Origin: Macrostomum hystrix
Taxonomy: Eukaryota; Animalia; Platyhelminthes
Assembly: GCA_950097015.1 (NCBI GenBank)
Contig: CATNEN010000003.1
Span: forward strand, 13,268,001-13,332,000
Direction: 5' to 3'
Length of the DNA stretch: 64,000 nt
Below, piece after piece: positions 1-11,809 of this stretch. The notes beneath the pieces are model-generated. The model did no database searches. It was not told where the DNA came from and saw only the letters and a program-made list of their open reading frames with translations. The position numbers were made by a program, and so were the translations under genes. Positions within the stretch are counted from its first letter, which is position 1; each line of letters starts with the position of its first letter.

Positions 1-1354
1 ATGCGGTCATTCTGTCCTCTGTGCCTCCAGTATATGCGGTCATTCTGTCCTCTGTGCCTCCAGTATATGCGGTCATTCTGTCCTCTGTGCCTCCAGTATA
101 TGCGGTCATTCTGTCCTCTGTGCCTCCAGTATATGCGGTCATTCTGTCCTCTGTGCCTCCAGTATATGCGGTCATTCTGTCTTCTGTGCCTCCAGTATAT
201 GCGGTCATTCCTTCCTCTGTGCCTCCAGTATATGCGGTCATTCTGTCTTCTGTGCCTCCAGTATATGCGGTCATTCTGTCTTCTGTGCCTCCAGTATATG
301 CGGTCATTCTTTCCTCTGTGCCTCCAGTATATGCGGTCATTCTTTCCTCTGTGCCTCCAGTATATGCGGTCATTCTGTCCTCTGTGCCTCCAGTATATGC
401 GGTCATTCCTTCCTCTGTGCCTCCAGTATATGCGGTCATTCTTTCCTCTGTGCCTCCAGTATATGCGGTCATTCTTTCCTCTGTGCCTCCAGTATATGCG
501 GTCATTCTGTCCTCTGTGCCTCCAGTATATGCGGTCATTCTTTCCTCTGTGCCTCCAGTATATGCGGTCATTCTTTCCTCTGTGCCTCCAGTATATGCGG
601 TCATTCCTTCCTTTGTGCCTCCAGTATATGCGGTCATTCCTTCCTTTGTGCCTCCAGTATATGCGGTCATTCCTTCCTCTGTGCCTCCAGTATATGCGGT
701 CATTCTTTCCTCTGTGCCTCCAGTATATGCGGTCATTCTTTCCTCTGTGCCTCCAGTATATGCGGTCATTCTTTCCTCTTTCCTCTGTGCCTCCAGTATA
801 TGCGGTCATTCCTTCCTCTGTGCCTCCAGTATATGCGGTCATTCCTTCCTTTGTGCCTCCAGTATATGCGGTCATTCTGTCTTCTGTGCCTCCAGTATAT
901 GCGGTCATTCTTTCCTCTGTGCCTCCAGTATATGCGGTCATTCCTTCCTCTGTGCCTCCAGTATATGCGGTCATTCCTTCCTCTGTGCCTCCAGTATATG
1001 CGGTCATTCTTTCCTCTGTGCCTCCAGTATATGCGGTCATTCTTTCCTCTGTGCCTCCAGTATATGCGGTCATTCTTTCCTCTTTCCTCTGTGCCTCCAG
1101 TATATGCGGTCATTCTTTCCTCTTTCCTCTGTGCCTCCAGTATATGCGGTCATTCTTTCCTCTGTGCCTCCATTATATGCGGTCATTCTTTCCTCTGTGC
1201 CTCCATTATATGCGGTCATTCTTTCCTCTGTGCCTCCAGTATATGCGGTCATTCTTTCCTCTTTCCTCTGTGCCTCCAGTATATGCGGTCATTCTTTCCT
1301 CTTTCCTCTGTGCCTCCATTATATGCGGTCATTCTTTCCTCTGTGCCTCCAGTA
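1..1354. repeat. Minisatellite, 33-bp unit ATGCGGTCATTCTTTCCTCTGTGCCTCCAGTAT (about 40 copies, runs off window edge)
   Basis: Direct periodicity; some late units carry an extra TTTCCTC; related monomer fragments at about 2555-2650. Confidence 0.97.
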
Positions 1355-1457
1355 TCGTCTTGAAAGTACACTAAAACGTTTACATTACAAGTCATATATT
1401 AACTTACGTTTCCGGCAGCTGTGATATAAAACATATATATTTATGGCATATATTCAG

Positions 1458-1589
1458 GTCAAGAAGCAGAAAACTTCCGGATACTTTGGTGTGCGGGAGT
1501 GCCGCGACCTGCTTCTGCGTATGCTGCAGCACCGGTTAGAGACCAGCGGCACAGTAAACGACTGTGAGCCGTTCGTCAAATTTAAGTAA
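1458..1589 (+). CDS. Putative exon of a gene entering from the left (VKKQKTSGYFGVRECRDLLLRMLQHRLETSGTVNDCEPFVKFK*)
   Basis: TATTCAG| acceptor, GC-rich open frame; ends at TAA 1587-1589 or at donor AA|GTAAGG; family not recognised. Confidence 0.35.
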   Translation, partial: VKKQKTSGYFGVRECRDLLLRMLQHRLETSGTVNDCEPFVKFK

Positions 1590-1841
1590 GGCGGCTTTGA
1601 GGGAATGTTGCGTGAACACCGTGAGCGCTTCGATCCGCTCCTGGCTACTGTCACCTGCACAAGTTTTCGAATTTTTGTGGAGACAAAAGTGAGTAGTACA
1701 TTCACTCGTATGTACTGTTCTCTGCTATACATAGTCTATTTTGTTTAGCACGCAGCGCTTCGTGAGAACTTTTATTAAAATATCCTAATGTTAAATTATT
1801 TTCAGGCGCTCCTCGCTGGCGAAAATCCACAGCTGGTCTTA

Positions 1842-2228
1842 TGTACTGAATGTACTGAAGTACTGATGTACTGAAGTACTGATGTACTGAAGTACTGATG
1901 TACTGATGTACTGAAGTACTGATGTACTGATGTACTGAAGTACTGATGTACTGAAGTACTGAAGTACTGATGTACTGAAGTACTGATGTACTGAAGTACT
2001 GATGTACTGAAGTACTGATGTACTGAAGTACTGATGTACTGAAGTACTGATGTACTGATGTACTGAAGTACTGAAGTACTGATGTACTGAAGTACTGATG
2101 TACTGAAGTACTGATGTACTGAAGTACTGAAGTACTGATGTACTGATGTACTGATGTACTGAAGTACTGATGTACTGAAGTACTGATTTACTGAAGTACT
2201 GAAGTACTGAAGTACTGATGTACTGAAT
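1842..2228. repeat. 8-bp unit array GTACTGA(A/T)
   Basis: Two unit variants in irregular order; GTACTGAAT at both ends. Confidence 0.97.
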
Positions 2229-3964
2229 CTGCCATCGTTTGCTACCCACCGAATAGCAAGGCGGCCATTCGTGGCAATCGTATCCACGTACAGTTTCTCG
2301 ACCAGCCGCCAACACGCGGCCGCCAATGCAGACTTTCAAGTTGCAATTCACGCCGTGAAGGCAGCAGGCCAAATGGCGGCAACACAGAGACTTTCAAAAT
2401 ATTTATGCACTTAATTTTAATTGAACTTGCTTGCAATAATTTCATTTGCTACTTTTTTATTAAGCACGTGTCGCAATATAAAACAAAATAACGTTATATT
2501 TAAAAACAATTTAGTTCGTAATTTACTGTTCCTCTCCTAGCATAATCTCCAGTGAATCCGGTCATTCTATCCTGTCTCAGAACATTGTGCAGTGTTGAGC
2601 TTGTGATCCGATTCTCACTTCAGTAGGTCATTCCTTCCTCTGTGCCTCTTATCCGCCCAATTCCTTATCCGCCCCATGCAGAATCCGCCCCTGAAGGAAC
2701 AATTTCCATTTCTAATCCCATGCAGTTTTCGCAGATTGCAGATAAAAAATCTAGTCAATCTACTGTAAGTAGTCGGCTACTGAGCCAGTGCTGGAATGAT
2801 ATTAGAACTTATTCCGAAATGAACATTTAAATAATTAGAGAAGAAATTTATTATCTAGTTAATTGCTAGTTCATGTATTCTGATCATTATTGAAGTTCTT
2901 ATAGTATAGTAAGCTAAATGTACTTTTAAGTCATTCTTAAATGACGCTGAGGCATGCACTTTTAACTCGCATAGTTTAACTTTAGTCTCGGAAAAAAATG
3001 GAATTTAGAATTTAGACACTTGCTGTTCAATTGAGTCATTTTGGTATGCAGCAGTTTTGCAATAGTTTATTGTAATTAAAAGTTTATGTCATTGTTGACA
3101 GCTTTCCAATATTACGAGTAGTTTAATCCCCATTCATTCGGGTAGGCTAGTGATAGGCAGTTGAGTTTCTGTCTAATTGCTCATTGAATCAGCTGTCTCT
3201 CTGGCCTGTCTCTTCTATTGCTGTTCTGTCTCTCCGTCTCTCTTCCTTCTTTAGAAGATTGATAGTTTAAATAGCTCCCAATTATATATACTATACTATT
3301 AAATACATATTATGTTAAGGGAACTTAAGTTTTTTATATAATAAAACATTTTAATAGACGGCTGGGCAGTTGAAGTACTGCAATTTGGTCTAAGCCACAA
3401 GCATGAAGATATTGTGCTGCTTTTAGTTGTCAAGGCAGGCCTTATAAATGATCCCCTTATAATAGGACCACCTGATCTCGGACGCAACATTCTCAATAGA
3501 CAGATAATTGGCCAGATTAATTTAACCAATTTATACAATGTTCTTAGCTCTTCAATTGATCGAGTTCAACTGAAAGATTGACAAGTGGCCTTAGAGCTTG
3601 CACAACCCTCCAAATAAATCCCTGTTTGAGGAGAAATCTGTGTCTCTAGGACCTATATTGACAATCAGATAACATCCACATGCTGTGGTGGTATTGTGTG
3701 TGTGTGAGTGAGTTAGTGTTTCGCAATCCCATTGTCGAGTGAAGTATCTCGATTGGCCTTTTTATTCTAGTATTAGATTTTTCAACTATACACCCTAGCA
3801 ACTAAATTAGCCAGCTGGTTTATTGATGCAGTATATATTAAAGTTTGATCGATTTTTAAAAGAGGCTGGTCAGAACATCCCATTTAAATTGATCCACCAT
3901 TTGCCTTTGAGCTGTGTTCTGTGGGCCTACTAAATAAACCCAACTTTAAGCTAAACTTATACAG

Positions 3965-4310
3965 ATTTTGACATTCTCTGACACAATTTGACATTCTTTC
4001 TGACACAATTTGACATTCTCTCTGACACAATTTGACATGCTTCCTGACACAACATTTGACGTTCTTACTGACACAATTTGACATTCTTTCTGACACAATT
4101 TGACATTCTCTCTGACACAATTTGACATGCTTCCTGACACAACATTTGACGTTCTTACTGACACAATTTGACATCTCTGACACACTTTGACATGCTTCCT
4201 GACACAACTTGAAATTCTTCCCGACTCAATGGGACATTCTTCCTGACACAATTGGACATTCTTCCTGACACAATTGGACATTCTTCCTGACACAATTGGA
4301 CATTCTTCCA
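3965..4310. repeat. Minisatellite, about 21-bp unit TTGACATTCTYTCTGACACAAT
   Basis: Direct periodicity with a higher-order duplication. Confidence 0.93.
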
Positions 4311-4454
4311 ACCAGACAGTTTTACTCGAAATTCTTTCACAAGCAAACTAGACGTCAATCAAGCATCATAAAGTTAATTGATTGAGTTGTAAAGCTTTTT
4401 CAATCGCGTCTTTTTTTCATTCCTTCTGCATGTTGCCAACCTCGGATCGCTCAG

Positions 4455-4570
4455 CCAATGATGAGACGAACAAACCCCCCTAGTCTGATCAGTGCGGGCC
4501 AATGAGAGCCCGGAGGGAGGTGGCTGTCAGCAATGCGGGAGGCAGATGCTTTTGCCCTGCCTAAAATAGT
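4455..4570 (+). promoter_or_regulatory. Candidate homeobrain core promoter: two CCAAT boxes (4455, 4499) and a TATA-like CCTAAAATA
   Basis: Motifs 100-220 bp upstream of ATG 4671; motif match only. Confidence 0.35.
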
Positions 4571-4670
4571 CGGAACCAGAAATTTAACAGCTCAGACTTT
4601 CTAACTTCAAACCGGAGGACGTTAGTGTTGAATTGTCGGAATTAATTTTCTATTAAGTCATTTGCGGATC

Positions 4671-4872
4671 ATGATAGAGACTAGACTGTTAATGATTCGC
4701 AGTCAGGATCAGCAGCAACAGCAGCAGCAGCAGCCAGTAGCTCTGGAGAGGCAGTCGTCTGGCACGAACTTTTCTATAGCCGGAATTCTGGCGAATCCGA
4801 ACAAGAGGCGAGCTAATAATAATAAGCAGCAGCAGCAGCAGCAGCAACTGTCTCGCTTGGATAATTACTTTG
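4671..4872 (+). CDS. hbn: Homeobrain exon 1 (eh1/octapeptide-like FSIAGIL, poly-Q)
   Basis: ATG 4671 (alternative 4692); FSIAGIL motif; phase-1 donor G|GTGAGC compatible with next exon. Confidence 0.75.
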
Positions 4873-5161
4873 GTGAGCTGTAAATGATAGTCACTTTGAA
4901 GGGCTGATATCTAGACAGGATCAGAATATTCTATGGCAGGGGATCTGAACGTTTTTTTAAACTAGAATGGGACATCTGAACCCTTCAATTTAGAACACAA
5001 TAGGGGGGGCATCTGACCACCTATTTAAAACTCACGAGGGGGCATCTGACCCCCTATGTATAACCCATTAGGGGGCATCTGGAGACTTCAACGTTAAGCT
5101 TCGGAGAGGGGACATCTGATTCATCCGCCCCAACGCAACCCTATATGCCTCGACATCGCAG

Positions 5162-5565
5162 TGCCATCTTCAGCGCATTATGTTGACGAGGACCAGCCGG
5201 TCCATAGGCGGTTTCTAGCCGGCTCTATTGAAGCCGAAATTGGCGACAAACTAGAAGTTTCAGCGACAACCGCCGAGCAACTCGATAGCAACGAAGAGGA
5301 CCTGCTTGATGATGAGGACGAAGCGAACTATAATTACGGCGGACGCGGAGGCGGCGTGGTTGGCATCGACGATCAGGACGACCTGCGGGACGATTCGGCT
5401 GATGACAAAGACGAAGCGCCTAGAAAGATTCGCCGATCCAGAACTACGTTTACCACCTTCCAGCTGCACCAGTTGGAGCAGGCCTTTGAGAAGTCCCAGT
5501 ACCCGGATGTGTTCACCAGAGAGGAGCTGGCGCAGAGGCTGCAGCTGAGCGAGGCTCGCGTACAA
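5162..5565 (+). CDS. hbn: Homeobrain exon 2 (homeodomain residues 1-46)
   Basis: [49 protein letters not shown] matches the Hbn signature; donor CAA|GTGAGC at the PRD-class 46/47 intron position; acceptor 5162 or 5174, both phase 1. Confidence 0.9.
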
Positions 5566-5603
5566 GTGAGCTGCCGTCTCAAACTGTTCTTGCTTGGTTT
5601 TAC

Positions 5604-6280
5604 AGGGAGAGAGATGAGACAGGGGAGATGAGACGGGGGAGATGAGACAGGGCAGAGATGAGACAGGGAAGAGATGAAACAGGGGGGAGATAAGACAGAG
5701 GGAGATGAGACGGGGGAGAGATGAGACAGGGGGAGATGAGACAGGGAGAGATGAGACAGGGGAGAGATGAGACAGGGGAGAGATGAGACAGGGGAGAGAT
5801 GAGACAGGGGAGAGATGAGACAGGGGAGAGATGAGACAGGGGGAGATAAGACAGAGGGAGATGAGACGGGGGAGAGATGAGACAGGGGGAGATGAGACAG
5901 GGAGAGATGAGACAGGGGAGAGATGAGACAGGGGAGAGATGAGACAGGGGAGAGAGATTAGACAGGGGAGAGAGATGAGACAGGGGAGAGATAAGACAGG
6001 GGAGAGATGAGACAGGGGAGAGAGATGAGACACGGGAGAGAGATGAGACAGGGGAGAGAGATGAGACAGGGGAGGGAGATGAGACAGGGGAGAGATGAGA
6101 CAGGGGAGAGAGATGAGACAGGGGAGAGATGAGACAGGGGAGAGATGAGACAGGGAGAGATGAGACAGGGGAGAGATGAGACAGGGGAGGGAGATGAGAC
6201 AGGGGAGAGATGAGACAGGGGAGAGAGATGAGACAGGGGAGGGAGATGAGACAGGGGAGAGATGAGACGGGGGAGAAACG
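5604..6280. repeat. Purine-rich minisatellite (GAGATGAGACAGGGGA variants), MITE-related unit
   Basis: Starts about 40 bp after the hbn exon 2 donor. Confidence 0.95.
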
Positions 6281-7094
6281 AGTCAAATCAGTTTTGAAAC
6301 ACGGGAGAAGTCATATTTATAGGAAAAGATAAGAGAGATTGTATGGATAAGACTCAGAAAGGTAAGATAGGCATCGAGTGTAAAAAGCAGAAATTTTTTT
6401 TCCTTAAATTTGTCTGCAACAGCTATTGCAAGATTTATTTTATCATTTAATCATTTGAGTTGGATAAAAGACACATTTAGAGCAAGAAAAACACTAATAA
6501 TGTTCACTAGGACTGGCATTCTGTGAGTCACATTTTTCATATCTAATAAAATTTTGAGAAGCATGAGGATATATACTAATACTAATGCTGAAATCCACAT
6601 TTATTAGCTATTTGGCTAGCTGTGTAATATTGTATAATCCTGTTTAATGGACAGGAAATGATACGACAGATGTCAGAATTTGACAAACACGCGTTCGATA
6701 ATGCGCCGGACTTGTTTGGGGCCTGTTTGTCTATTAAAATTCGAATTCAATTTCAGGGCAGAGATTATCTAGGTTTCAGATTGGCCAAGAATTTCTCTCT
6801 GAGTGCAGTAATGTGTGTGCTCATCCAACCCATACAATGCCCACACATTTCTGGCATTTCCGATTTCGGCAAATTTGTCTCGTTGGTTATTTTCATAGGA
6901 CCAGTTCTCTCATCCATCCATGCTCATCTCACCCTGCTCACAGTCAATTAGGCAATTTATTACGACTAGTTAGATTCAAGTCCCGATAAACAATAAAGTG
7001 ATCAACGAAGCAGCCATTGATGCAATTACTGACTCGAAGTGGGCGACAATGACCGCTTCATCGGGTGGAAGTTTGCAGACATGGAAAATCACGG

Positions 7095-7680
7095 ACAGGG
7101 GAGATCAGACGAGGGAGATTAGACGAGGGAGACTAGACGAGGGAGATTAGACCAGTGAGATTAGACGAGGGAGATTAGACGAGGGAGATTAGAGGAGGGA
7201 GATTAGACGAGGGAGATTAGACGTGGGAGATTAGACAAGGGAGATTAGACAAGGGAGATTAGACGAGTGAGATTAGACGAGGACATTAGACGAGGGAGAT
7301 TAGACGAGTGAGATTAGACGAGGGAGATTAGACGAGGGAGATTAGACGAGTGAGATTAGACGAGGACATTAGACGAGGGAGATTAGACGAGGGAGATTAG
7401 ACGAGGGAGGTTTGACGAGGGAGATTAGACGAGTGAGATTAGACGAGGGAGATTAGACGAGTGAGATTAGACGAGTGAGATTAGACGAGTGAGATTAGAC
7501 GAGTGAGATTAGACGAGTGAGATTAGACGAGGGAGATTAGACGAGGGAGAGATAAGATACAAGAGAAATGAGATTGGAGAGATAAGACAAGGGAGAGATT
7601 ATGCACGGGTGAGATGAGAAGACAGGGGAGAGATGAGACCCAGGAGAGATTAGAGGAGTGAGGACAGACTGTGGAAGATA
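7095..7680. repeat. 14-bp unit GAGGGAGATTAGAC array with degenerate tail
   Basis: Direct periodicity. Confidence 0.95.
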
Positions 7681-8159
7681 AGACTTATATAGAAACATGA
7701 GTTGAATCATCAGTATAAGAACAGTGGCTATAAGTCAGGGTCACAAAGACATTCTAAAGACTAGCAATGCACATGCGCTTGGATCACGCGAACAATCGCT
7801 AACAGTTTTTTCGTCACAGATTTCGGCATTTAATCAGTATAGGCTGTCGATTAGATTGCTATAATTGCGCAATCCTGATCAGAACAATGCCGTTCTAATT
7901 AAGGCTTGTCGGTGTCATATAGTATAGATGCCTATAACAGAATCCTAAGCAATCCGGCATTTTTGGAACAAAGACTGATTGTCTGTCAGAAAATGGCATT
8001 TTGAAAAATCATTCAAGCTTAGCAAAATAAATTACATTTATGAATTCGTTTTTAATTGTCTTTTTAAATAGCGCTCGTTGATAAGAAAAACTATTTGATG
8101 TAAATTGTATCACTTTTCTGCTTACTCCTGCCGCTCCATGCTTTCTTGCAACTACCCAT

Positions 8160-8858
8160 TCATTCTCCTTCTCACTCTCCATCTCACTCTCACTCTCCCT
8201 CTCACTCTCCCTCTCATTCTCCCTCTCACTCTCCATCTCACTCTCCCTCTCACTCTCACTCTCCCTCTCACCCTCACTCTCCCTCTCACTCTCCCTCTCA
8301 TTCTCCCTCTCACTCTCCCTCTCATTCTCCCTCTCACTCTCACTCTCCCTCTCACCCTCACTCTCCCTCTCACTCCTCACTCTCCCTCTCCCTCTCACTC
8401 TCCCTCTCATTCTCCCTCTCACTCTCCTTCTCATTCTCCCTCTCACTCTCCCTCTCACTCTCCCTCTCCCTCTCATTCTCCCTCTCACTCTCCTTCTCAT
8501 TCTCCCTCTCACTCTCCCTCTCACTCTCCCTCTCCCTCTCCCTCTCACTCTCCCTCTCACTCTCCCTCTCACTCTCCCTCTCCCTCTCATTCTCCCTCTC
8601 ACTCTCCCTCTCATTCTCGCTCTCACTCTCACTCTCCCTCTCACCCTCACTCTCCCTCTCACTCTCACTCTCCCTCTCATTCTCCCTCTCACTCTCCCTC
8701 TCACTCTCCCTCTCATTATCCCTCTCACTCTCCCTCTCACTCTCCTCTCACTCTCACTCTCCCCCTCACTCTCCCTCTCACTCTCCCTCTCACTCTCCTC
8801 TCACTCTCACTCTCCCCCTCACTCTCCCTCTCACTCTCCCTCTCACTCTCCCCTCTCA
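8160..8858. repeat. 12-bp/6-bp CT-rich array CTCACTCTCCCT
   Basis: Direct periodicity; abuts a SINE head. Confidence 0.95.
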
Positions 8859-8860
8859 TA

Positions 8861-8970
8861 GCCTTCTCTCCGCGACTGCGTCCCAAATGAATGTGGCCTC
8901 GCCGCGGAATCGAGCTCAGGGACCTTGACGCGAGAGGCAAACTTGTTAACCGCTCTGCCACTCACCCCTG
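8861..8970 (-). mobile_element. tRNA-derived SINE, 5' head only
   Basis: Aligns to 42822-42932; A-box TGGCAGAGCGG retained. Confidence 0.85.
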
Positions 8971-9820
8971 CGCCTATAGATAGATAGATTTATCCCATTA
9001 AGGAAGGTTAGGAAATTTGCAGAAATCTAATTACCGAACATTAGCCTATCAATCAAGCTATTTATTACATTTGAATTAGGCCTTAACGAGATCACACACA
9101 GGAGCCCGCATGCACACACTCTAACAGTGTAAGCTCCGCTTGATAATGTACTCTCAATTGGCAGAGATTTAGCTACAAGGTCGAATCCCGTGGGGGGGGG
9201 TATTTTCGAGTCAGTAGGCGGCTGTCTATGTGTGCTGGCTGCCTCATTTTTTAATGATGAGAAAAATGCTTTTCTAGCACCTCAGACTGCATGACCAGTC
9301 GATTGTTGTGTAAACCAATAACGCCTCAAGAAATTTGATTACTCATTTTATTAGTTGTTATTTACTCGGTCATCCCATATTTCTGTCGGGAATTTTCCCC
9401 CCAACACCGGCCTAAACTAACTTGGCCGATCTCATTAAGTTCGCTTGAATTGCTAGTTTAGTGTCTGGACCAATTCTGCTCGAATTCCTTCAACTATATA
9501 CTAAATTTGCTTGGCGTGCGATGGCTTTGTGAGTGCGCGTGTTGTCTCGGATTGGGATTTAGCGGATATTAGTCCCTGATGGTAGACAAAATGACAAGCT
9601 CCGGTCAGATTTTTTATTAATTTCCTCATCACTTTATCTAAATTAATTTCTCCTAGTCTGCCTTTTATAGAGCTTCTTGACGGTAAAATCTATTCTGGTA
9701 TACCCGGTGCTTGATTTGGAAGACATCAGCATTCACTGTTTGTATAGGGCCTCTGTCGCATGTTTGTTCTGCTCCTTACAGCCCTAAGTATTTCAGGTCT
9801 TTATTTATTTGAGTGGATTC

Positions 9821-10230
9821 AAGTTCCATAGACTATACAGCTCAATCTAGTTCCATAGACTATACAGCTCAATCTAGTACCATAGACTATACAGCTCAAT
9901 CTAGTACCATAGACTATACAACTCAATCTAGTTCCATAGACTATACAGCTCAATCTAGTTCCATAGACTACAGCTCAATCTAGTTCCATAGACTACAGCT
10001 CAATCTAGTTCCATAGACTACAGCTCAATCTAGTACCATAGAGTATACAGCTCAATCTAGTACCATAGACTATACAGCTCAATCTAGTACCATAGACTAT
10101 ACAACTCAATCTAGTACCATAGACTATACAGCTCAATCTAGTACCATAGACTATACAGCTCAATCTAGTACCATAGACTATACAGCTCAATCTAGTACCA
10201 TAGACTATACAGCTCAATCTAGTACCATAG
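9821..10230. repeat. 27-bp unit CTCAATCTAGTACCATAGACTATACAG array
   Basis: About 15 copies ending about 40 bp before the hbn exon 3 acceptor. Confidence 0.96.
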
Positions 10231-10271
10231 ACGACTACGAGCATAATCCAGTCCCTCATCCTCTGTCGCAG

Positions 10272-10754
10272 GTTTGGTTTCAAAATCGTCGAGCAAAGTG
10301 GCGCAAACGCGAGAAGCAGATGAGTAGCGAGTCGGGCAGTTGTCTCGACACGTGGCGACTGACAGCCAGCCTGTCACATCATCATCATCCGCATCACCTG
10401 CTCGAGCCGTTCTTTGCACCGCCACCGTTTCCTCCGCCGCCGCCGCCGCCACCGCCACCGCCGCCACCACCGTCTCATCAGCCGTCCTCGTCTTCGGCGT
10501 CTCCGGCCACATCGGCAGCTTCCTCGCATTTTCTGTCACGATGCGCTGCCGCGGCGGCTGCCGCAGCAGCCGCGTCAGCTGCAGCCAACTCGAATTGTGT
10601 CGGCAGCTGCCCGCCGGAGCTTCTGTGGTTCGCTGCAGCTGCCGCGGCCGCTCAGCAGGGCGGACGAGGAGGCGTCGCCAATGGCGCAACGTCGTTTCCT
10701 TTTCTTACTCCGCCACAGTCACTGCCGCCGCCTCCTCTGATGCTACCTGGACAT

Positions 10755-10785
<31 letters not shown>

Positions 10786-10940
10786 CGGCAGCATTCAGGT
10801 TGCCATCAGCAGCTGGTAGTAATAATTCCTGTCCAAAGTTGCCGTTTGGCGGTTTGAATTTTCATCAGGTTGCTATGGACGCCGCGTCGGCGGACATCAA
10901 GCCAGAGCCGGAGTTGGAGAATAGCGCCTGCGAGCAGTGA
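10272..10940 (+). CDS. hbn: Homeobrain exon 3 (helix 3 VWFQNRRAKWRKREK plus Pro/Ala/Gln-rich tail)
   Basis: CTCTGTCGCAG|GTTTGGTTTCAAAAT, phase 0, in frame with ORF 10320-10940; Q50 homeodomain. Confidence 0.92.
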
Positions 10941-11262
10941 TGAATTATCGATCTAATCGATTAATTATCGATCTAATCGATGAATTATCGACCTAATCGA
11001 TTAATTATCGATCTAATCGATTAATTATGGATCTAATCGATTAATTATCGATCTAATCGATTAATTATGGATCTAATCGATTAATTATCGATCAAATCGA
11101 TTAATTATCGATCTAATCGATTGGTTATTGATCTAATCGATTGGTTATTGATTTAATCAATTAATTATCGATCTAATCGATTGGTTATTGATCTAATCGA
11201 TCGGTTATTGATCTAATCGATTAATTATCGATCTAATCGATTGGTTATTGATCTAATCGATT
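10941..11262. repeat. 20-bp quasi-palindromic unit TTAATTATCGATCTAATCGA starting at the hbn stop codon
   Basis: About 16 copies; two ATCGAT per unit. Confidence 0.95.
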
Positions 11263-11809
11263 TGCTATTTACCAAATTAGTTAATTGTTGGATATCAGAT
11301 TATTGTTTAATTAAAAAAAAAAATTTGTCGATTTTTTTTCATTTTTTCTCTTTTCATTATGCAACATTAGTTTCATGAGTTAATATTATTCATTTATATT
11401 CTCTGTTTTGTTATGTGTAGTTAAACATCGATTTAGTACATTTTTTCCTTTGAAGACAAATGTCATGTAACTGTTTCTTCTAATTACGAGAATTTGGACA
11501 AAATTCATTAAAAATAGATCCCTTCTCAAGTCCTGTTGAAGATTTTGGTCCGCTGAAGTCTTATTGCTATTATAAGTATTAATCATAATTAATTTTTGGG
11601 CCCCTCAGTGCAGCCACTCCATGCCACAAGAAAATGCCTATTTGTATTTCTAAATTTATGTTATTCACTGGTAATTGATATCAATAATTGTTCTGTCTTA
11701 AAATGTGTTTCATTTTCTCGAACAATTGGTTGTGTGCTTAGGTTGCAAAACTAGTCTGACTTTAGTGCTTGCGCTGTATCATGCTTCTTTTTGTCATGAA
11801 CTATTCCCC

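Noticed and set aside
1-1424. 457-aa and 467-aa ORFs
   Set aside because: Translations of the 33-bp tandem unit, open in several frames
8009-8961. RG-, SE- and SPSH-rich ORFs
   Set aside because: CT-rich microsatellite translations
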